A stretch of 64,000 bases of DNA, from the NCBI GenBank assembly GCA_043745805.1, contig JAYTSD010000017.1, positions 160,001-224,000 on the forward strand. The letters are read 5' to 3'. The position numbers and the translations under genes are program-made. Positions within the stretch are counted from its first letter, which is position 1. Every line of letters begins with the position of its first letter. The notes under the pieces are model-generated. The model saw only the letters and a program-made list of their open reading frames with translations. It was not told the DNA's origin and made no database searches. Positions 58,496 through 64,000 of this stretch are shown one piece after another. The stretch comes from Fibrobacteria bacterium (GTDB lineage Bacteria; Fibrobacterota; Fibrobacteria; UBA11236).

Positions 58496-58915
58496 TTAAG
58501 GATTAGCTTTGGCATCCGCTTTTCTTTCATCCAAACGTTTAGTCACAACCTCTTTGGCCTTAGTTACCTTTTCTTTAGCAACATCAGGTAAGCCATTCAA
58601 TGCATCGATAGCTTTTTGTAGATTTAAAATCGCGGCAGCTTTTTTTTCTGTAATCGTAGCTTGAATTTCTTCTGGAGTTTTTCCGGAAGCCTTCATCGCA
58701 TCAATATCAGCTTTAGCAGCTTTAGCTGCAGCTTTAGCTGCAGCTATTTTATCAGCAACACCGGCAGGTAGGTTTTTCATGGCATCAGCAACTTTGGTGC
58801 TAGAAGTAGCCTTGCCCATTGAGTCTGCTGCTGGAGGAGTGCTAGGTTTGCCTTGTGCAAATACACCAGTAGCCAAAGCCATTCCTAAGGTAAGAGTCGT
58901 TAATAATGCTTTCAT
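58496..58915 (-). CDS. Small exported Ala/Lys-rich helical protein
   Basis: AAAGGA RBS, signal peptide ending VFA, LPAGVADKI and LPDVAKEKV repeats. Confidence 0.75.
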   Translation of the reverse strand: MKALLTTLTLGMALATGVFAQGKPSTPPAADSMGKATSSTKVADAMKNLPAGVADKIAAAKAAAKAAKADIDAMKASGKTPEEIQATITEKKAAAILNLQKAIDALNGLPDVAKEKVTKAKEVVTKRLDERKADAKANP

Positions 58916-58984
58916 AATTAATCCTTTTTGAATTGTTAAGAAGCCTTCATTTGTACGATTACTTCAAATCAGGCTTCTCTTTAT

Positions 58985-59009
58985 ATTGGAAGCAACCCTT
59001 ATGCCTAAA
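58985..59009 (-). promoter_or_regulatory. Sigma-54 (-24/-12) promoter of the kinase/activator operon
   Basis: Minus strand TTTAGGCATAAGGGTTGCTTCCAAT, exact GG-N10-GC spacing. Confidence 0.8.
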
Positions 59010-59066
59010 TAAAAACTTCATAATTAATCAAAAAAAGGCATGTTTAAAAAGGAATTCCTTATTTAA

Positions 59067-59084
59067 TGGGTTGTTTTAACCCCA
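59067..59084. promoter_or_regulatory. Candidate activator binding box 1
   Basis: TGGGTT-GTTTTA-ACCCCA. Confidence 0.65.
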
Positions 59085-59155
59085 ATAGGACTTCAAATCA
59101 TCAAGTATCATTGATAAGTCATTGAAAAATATGAGTTACACAAAACAAGCTTTCT

Positions 59156-59173
59156 TGGGGTGAAATGACCGCA
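59156..59173. promoter_or_regulatory. Candidate activator binding box 2
   Basis: TGGGGT-GAAATG-ACCGCA. Confidence 0.65.
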
Positions 59174-59199
59174 ACTAAATTTCAAACTTAAGGATAAAA

Positions 59200-59763
59200 T
59201 CAAGAAAATAAATTCTGAAACAAGAAAAATGAACCGCATACCCCTAAGCCCAAACTAACATACCACAGAGGTTTTTTCTTCACCAGCACTGCAATAGCTG
59301 ACATGGCAATTGCGATCTGAAAAAATGTTACCCCGCGGGCAAGTACACTGTGTTGTGCTAAATGTTGTTCTCCTGATTTTTGTTTTTCTTCCGCTTTTTC
59401 TTGAATTTCTTTTTGTTCTTTTTTGTAATCGGAAATTTTTTCAATGTCTTCCTTAGAAGCTTGTTTTCCTAAGACGGTAAGCAATTCTAATTTATTGGAA
59501 AGTATTGCCGACTTAATACCTTTGGCTTGATAATACGACCATTGATCAGAAGCCTGTAATTGCTCAATCATCGCTTCATTAGCATGATGACCCGCTAATA
59601 AAGCAGCGATAGCGGCAAGCACAGCGAGCAAAGCTGAGCTTAATGCAACTTGCATAACCCAACTCACTCCATTTTTATGTCCCTCACCATGGCCCGCTTC
59701 ATGGGCGGCCTCATGAATATTTTCATGCAAATGTTCGGTGGGAACTTCGATTTCTTCCGGCAT
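59200..59763 (-). CDS. DUF4337-like membrane protein
   Basis: His-rich N-terminus, TM, ASDQWSYYQAKGIK, coiled coil, FQIAIAMSAIA and two TMs. Confidence 0.75.
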   Translation of the reverse strand: MPEEIEVPTEHLHENIHEAAHEAGHGEGHKNGVSWVMQVALSSALLAVLAAIAALLAGHHANEAMIEQLQASDQWSYYQAKGIKSAILSNKLELLTVLGKQASKEDIEKISDYKKEQKEIQEKAEEKQKSGEQHLAQHSVLARGVTFFQIAIAMSAIAVLVKKKPLWYVSLGLGVCGSFFLFQNLFS

Positions 59764-59797
59764 GTTTTATCCTTAAAAAAATGAAAACAAAAAATAG

Positions 59798-61657
59798 CTA
59801 AGCTTCTACCCAGCGTCCATGCTCTTTGATAAGATTGACCAAGGCTTCGGGAGCATTGTCTTCGACAATATTTTTTTTCACGCAATCTCGACCAACATAT
59901 AAATTTACCTTACCCGGTGCGCCACCCACATAACCAAAATCTGCATCGGCCATTTCGCCAGGTCCATTTACAATACAACCCATAATGGCAATAGAAATAT
60001 TTTTTAAATGGGCCGTGCGTTGACGGATTTTTTGCGTGGTGGTTTGCAAATCAAAAAGCGTACGTCCACAACTCGGACAAGCCACATATTCGGGTTTCGT
60101 TTTGCGTACGCCGGCCGCTTGTAAAATATCATACGCTAAATGCATAGCTCCGCGCGCACTGGAACTAGTGATATGTAATAAATCACCCAAACCGTCCACT
60201 AACACAGCGCCTAGTTTTGCCGCTAATTCCATATTGTCCTCCGGAGAGCCATCGCTAATTCCACGTAAAACAATTAAATCCGAACGTTTTAACTTTTCAA
60301 TCCAAGCGGCCACGGAACGATAACCAGCAATAGGATTTTCTGTTCCTACAAAAGACCATAAAATTTGGTCTTTTTGTAAAACCTCCGGTGAGATTTTTGT
60401 GAGATGCATAACATCTTCAATAACTATTTCTAAAGCACCGGAAGGAATGTTTTTAGCGTTAGCAATTAAATCACTGCTTTTAACAATATTCCAAACAGTC
60501 ACTTCGACAGGCTCAGTGACCGAAGTAGCTGGCTTAAGAACCAAGGCAATTGCCTGATTTGACAATCCAGTCACGGAGCTTGTCGAAGTGACCCATTCTA
60601 ATTGTCTTTCTCCTTTGGGCAAAGTTTCTTGGGGAGGTAAGGGCGTGCCAACCAAAATTTTTTCTCGATGTCCCGCCATTAAATTTTCCATAGGAAATTC
60701 TACAGAGTCTCGTCTATGATACGCATAAAAATTTAGGTTTTCTTCAAGTACAGAGGACGCTGCAAGTTTTGCGGTATCACAAAGTTCAACTAAAATTTTA
60801 GCTACAGGAATTTCATGCACCGGATCTTCGGTGAGAGAAACACGTACGGTATCCCCTATTCCATCTAATAATAAAGCGCCAATGCCAACCGAGGATTTTA
60901 AACGCCCATCTTCCCCATCACCCGCTTCGGTCACCCCAACATGGAAAGGATAAGGTTTATGTCCTTGTGATAAGCGAGCGGCCAATAAACGATAAGCCTG
61001 CACGGCGACTTTGGGGTTGGAAGACTTCATGCTAAAAACAATTTGATCAAAGTTTTCCGCTTCGCAAACGGCCAAATATTCCATGGCACTTTCTACCATG
61101 CCTTCGATGGTATCGCCAAATTTCCACAGCATTCTATCGGATAAGGATCCATGGTTAGTTCCGATACGCAAACATACTCCGCGCGATTTGGCTTCGCGAA
61201 TTAATGGCGTAAAGGCTTCAAATACTTTATCGCAACCAGCCGCAAAAGTAGAATCATCATATAAACGTGTGACAACTCCTTTGGAGTCCACAAAATTGCC
61301 TGGATTGATACGCACCTTCTCTACCCATTTTACTGCTTCCATGGCAGCACGTGGTTGAAAATGAATATCCGCTGAAATTGGGACGGTACAACCCGCAGCG
61401 CGAACTTGTTGCACAATATCACGCAAGCACTCAGAATCTTTTTGCGTAGGTGCAGTAATGCGTACTAATTCACAACCGGCGGCAGCCAATTCCAAAGTTT
61501 GCTTTACTGTAGCCGCAACATCTTTGGTGTTGGTGGTGGTCATGCTCTGCACTAAAATGGGCGCATTGCCACCAATAATGCGATTGCCTACGCGCACTTC
61601 TAATGTTTGCCGGCGCATTGGTGCGAAGCGATTATTCATATAAGGTAATTGAGTCAT
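59798..61657 (-). CDS. ispG: HMBPP synthase IspG, long form
   Basis: VQSMTTT, ADIHF, RINPGN, RIGTNHGSLS, HVGVTEAG, GDTVRVSLT, CPSCGR, MGCIVNGPGE; central insertion. Confidence 0.95.
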   Translation of the reverse strand: MTQLPYMNNRFAPMRRQTLEVRVGNRIIGGNAPILVQSMTTTNTKDVAATVKQTLELAAAGCELVRITAPTQKDSECLRDIVQQVRAAGCTVPISADIHFQPRAAMEAVKWVEKVRINPGNFVDSKGVVTRLYDDSTFAAGCDKVFEAFTPLIREAKSRGVCLRIGTNHGSLSDRMLWKFGDTIEGMVESAMEYLAVCEAENFDQIVFSMKSSNPKVAVQAYRLLAARLSQGHKPYPFHVGVTEAGDGEDGRLKSSVGIGALLLDGIGDTVRVSLTEDPVHEIPVAKILVELCDTAKLAASSVLEENLNFYAYHRRDSVEFPMENLMAGHREKILVGTPLPPQETLPKGERQLEWVTSTSSVTGLSNQAIALVLKPATSVTEPVEVTVWNIVKSSDLIANAKNIPSGALEIVIEDVMHLTKISPEVLQKDQILWSFVGTENPIAGYRSVAAWIEKLKRSDLIVLRGISDGSPEDNMELAAKLGAVLVDGLGDLLHITSSSARGAMHLAYDILQAAGVRKTKPEYVACPSCGRTLFDLQTTTQKIRQRTAHLKNISIAIMGCIVNGPGEMADADFGYVGGAPGKVNLYVGRDCVKKNIVEDNAPEALVNLIKEHGRWVEA

Positions 61658-61764
61658 TTTTCCGTCTTTTTAATTTGCATTAAATATACGAAATTGCGAG
61701 AAGATGGGTTTGGGTATTGACTGATTCCACAGCAAAATTACAGAAATTTTTATAAATCCCTAGC

Positions 61765-62901
61765 ATGTTTCAATTACCAATTAAGGTTCAAAAATTTTTA
61801 GGTAATATTGGGTATTCTCACTATTTTGCTTTATTGCTTTTGCCCCAAATTATTTTGGCAATGCCCTCCGAACTCGCCAGCCAAGAATCCGAATCAAGGC
61901 AAGCCGGAATATACTTTGCCAATGATGCGCAACTTTTAACTCTCGGTTTATTAAGTGATGAAGATCGATATTTTTCCCAAGGCGTTCATGTCTTTTGGAT
62001 GAATGCCCCGCATACCGTTCAGGCTAGCTGGAAACCTATACACTGGATAGGCGAAAAATTAAATGCTGAAAATACGGCTTCCAGCTTTCGCTTCGGCCAA
62101 GATATTTTTACTCCCAATGATTTAAGTATGAGCTCGTCACCTATTCTTGACGATCGACCTTTTTTAGGTTGGACACATTTGGATTTAGCACAGCGCTTTT
62201 ATGGGCAACTAGGCATAAAAGCAACGCGCTTAATTTTGCAAATGGATATTGGATTGGTGGGGCCATTATCATTCGGAAAAGATGTTCAAGTTTGGTACCA
62301 TGAAAAACGCAGAGCAACGTCCACCCATCCCGAACTCGATCCAGACCCGTCCAAAGGTTGGGATAGGCAATATGGAAAAAATGGATTTCCAAGTCGATTC
62401 CAGGTAATCACCAATTATGGAATAGATATTCTAAATAGAAAATATGGTAATATTTTTGGTATTAATCTCGGCGCCGAAACTTTCATTAATGTAGGAACGC
62501 TTTATGGGATTCTCGGACTAATTGCACAATCGCGATTAGGGCTAATGACACGTGATTTTTATCAACCCCAAATCGACGGTAATTATAATGGTTGGGAAGG
62601 TTTTATTTTTACCCGGACGGAAGTAAATGCCGTAGGCTGGAATAAAGTGCTAACGGGTGAACCCTCAAGTGAGGTAAAAATAGCGCCTTTGCTATTAAAG
62701 CATGAATTGGGAATATTATTCAGAGGTCCCTCGCCCATACCCGAATTGAGTTTTAGTCTATCATTTTGGAGTCGCGAAACCCTAAACAACCCTCGTGAAC
62801 CCTTTCAACTTGAACATACCGACTATCGCCCTTATCTTCAAGTACGCGGGCCATGGTTTGATCATGGTTTTGGAACAGTGCGTTTGGTTTGGCTTTGGTA
62901 A
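61765..62901 (+). CDS. Lipid A deacylase LpxR-family outer membrane protein
   Basis: ND...DRYFSQG, GQDIFTP, DRPFLGW, IGLVGPLSFGKDVQ..YH, terminal Trp. Confidence 0.75.
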   Translation: MFQLPIKVQKFLGNIGYSHYFALLLLPQIILAMPSELASQESESRQAGIYFANDAQLLTLGLLSDEDRYFSQGVHVFWMNAPHTVQASWKPIHWIGEKLNAENTASSFRFGQDIFTPNDLSMSSSPILDDRPFLGWTHLDLAQRFYGQLGIKATRLILQMDIGLVGPLSFGKDVQVWYHEKRRATSTHPELDPDPSKGWDRQYGKNGFPSRFQVITNYGIDILNRKYGNIFGINLGAETFINVGTLYGILGLIAQSRLGLMTRDFYQPQIDGNYNGWEGFIFTRTEVNAVGWNKVLTGEPSSEVKIAPLLLKHELGILFRGPSPIPELSFSLSFWSRETLNNPREPFQLEHTDYRPYLQVRGPWFDHGFGTVRLVWLW

Positions 62902-63091
62902 AAAAAATTCTATACCATCCAGAAAAAACTCACACTTATATTCAGCTTTTTACGGTATGTTTACCACAGAAAACTATCATGGGGATTTGAGCTAGTTTTC
63001 TCATTGTATATCTCACTTTTGCTTTGGCGAGTTTTGATAACTAAAATGCAAATCCCCGATAATATGATTTTTAAAAGCGGGGGCTTGGCTT

Positions 63092-64000
63092 ATGGAATCT
63101 TTTAAACTCTATAATCACCTTATTTGGCTAGGTATAATACATCTAAGTGTCGCTTTGGTTTTTTCCCAAACTGCTGGTATTAATTCGGGATCTATTTACA
63201 CTTTGAAATCAAAGGCCAGTAACCGTCTACTCAATATCAGTAATTCCTCGATGATTGCGGGTGGTAATGTTGATACCTGGACCGATACAAAATCTGATGC
63301 ACAAAGATGGATTATCACCTATCTCAATAATAATTTATATACCCTAACCAATATCGCCAGTGGAAAATTGCTCCATATTGCCAATGCCATTCCAGCTAAT
63401 GCCGTGAATATAGATCAAAGCAGTAACACCGATGATAACACTACCAAATGGAGTATTGTGGATGCCGGTGGTGGTTATTATCAATTTAAAACAGCTGCTA
63501 ATACAAATTATTCCATGGACCTTTTTAATGGAAACAATGCCGATGGTGCCAATGTACAATTGTGGACAGCGAATCCTGACGATCCCCAAAAATGGTTATT
63601 AACATTAACCAGTCCTCAAGCTGCTGCACCAACCTCCAACATCGCCGATCAAATTTATGAAGCGTGGAAAAGCAAATATTATTTCACCAATGCGAGTGGT
63701 GGATATATAACAGGTGAAGGCTTTTGGGGTGTGGCCGAAATGATGGAAATCATCGATGACGCTTACGAAGTAACCGGCTCGGCTAAATACAAAACTATTT
63801 TAGATGAACTCTTTAAGGGGTTTATTGCAAAAGAAGGTTCTGACTGGATGTGGAATGATTTTAATGATGATATTGCTTGGATGGTAATAGCCTCAACTAG
63901 GGCTAGTTTATTAACAGGTAACACACAGTATCTCGATAAAGCCAAAGAACAATTCGACAAAATGTATGCACGAGCCGCCACTAATTTATATGGTGGTGGA
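63092..64000 (+). CDS. Secreted ricin-B (CBM13) plus glycoside hydrolase family 76 protein (3'-truncated by window edge)
   Basis: Manual translation from ATG 63092 stays open to the end: signal peptide, three ricin subdomains (AQRW, TKW, QLW...QKW), then FWGVAEMME...DAY and NDFNDDIAW (adjacent Asp pair as in GH76). Confidence 0.85.
   Translation, partial: MESFKLYNHLIWLGIIHLSVALVFSQTAGINSGSIYTLKSKASNRLLNISNSSMIAGGNVDTWTDTKSDAQRWIITYLNNNLYTLTNIASGKLLHIANAIPANAVNIDQSSNTDDNTTKWSIVDAGGGYYQFKTAANTNYSMDLFNGNNADGANVQLWTANPDDPQKWLLTLTSPQAAAPTSNIADQIYEAWKSKYYFTNASGGYITGEGFWGVAEMMEIIDDAYEVTGSAKYKTILDELFKGFIAKEGSDWMWNDFNDDIAWMVIASTRASLLTGNTQYLDKAKEQFDKMYARAATNLYGGG

Noticed and set aside
58715-58750. 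Tandem GCAGCTTTAGCT-like DNA repeats
   Set aside because: They encode AKAAAKAAKA in the Ala/Lys-rich protein; too short to call a VNTR or phase-variation tract
45231-59200. Accessory locus as a mobile element or genomic island
   Set aside because: No integrase, transposase, tRNA target or flanking direct repeats seen, and a composition shift could not be measured

Overview
AT-rich, densely coding bacterial chromosome segment, most likely Fibrobacterota (fibro-slime protein, FlgD/T9SS-type C-termini, PorV-like protein, Bat operon, long-form IspG). Left to right: the 3' part of a Bat (MoxR/vWA/TPR) operon; a thpR/ATP-grasp/miaA cluster; a degenerate patatin-barrel protein; two paralogous giant secreted proteins (fibro-slime head and vWA head on a shared chassis); envelope genes (cpoB, bamD, lptF, lptG) with a coupled diguanylate cyclase; housekeeping genes (tadA, rdgB, leuS, trmH-like, fabF, M16 pair, XPB); an accessory locus at about 45.4-59.2 kb; then ispG, lpxR-like and a truncated CBM13-GH76 gene. 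The best candidate for an undescribed system is the accessory locus. One minus-strand operon encodes two paralogous small helical exported proteins, a secreted protein, a TPR/beta-barrel, a TPR lipoprotein, a membrane Ser/Thr kinase and an FHA-GAF sigma-54 activator. A neighbouring unit encodes a giant Ig/ZU5/FlgD protein plus a PorV-like gene. Both units have near-identical sigma-54 (-24/-12) promoters and two 18-bp palindromic boxes (TGGGGT-N6-ACCCCA) at conserved spacing. No rRNA, tRNA, CRISPR array or transposase was recognised. All product calls come from reading motifs by eye, not from database searches.
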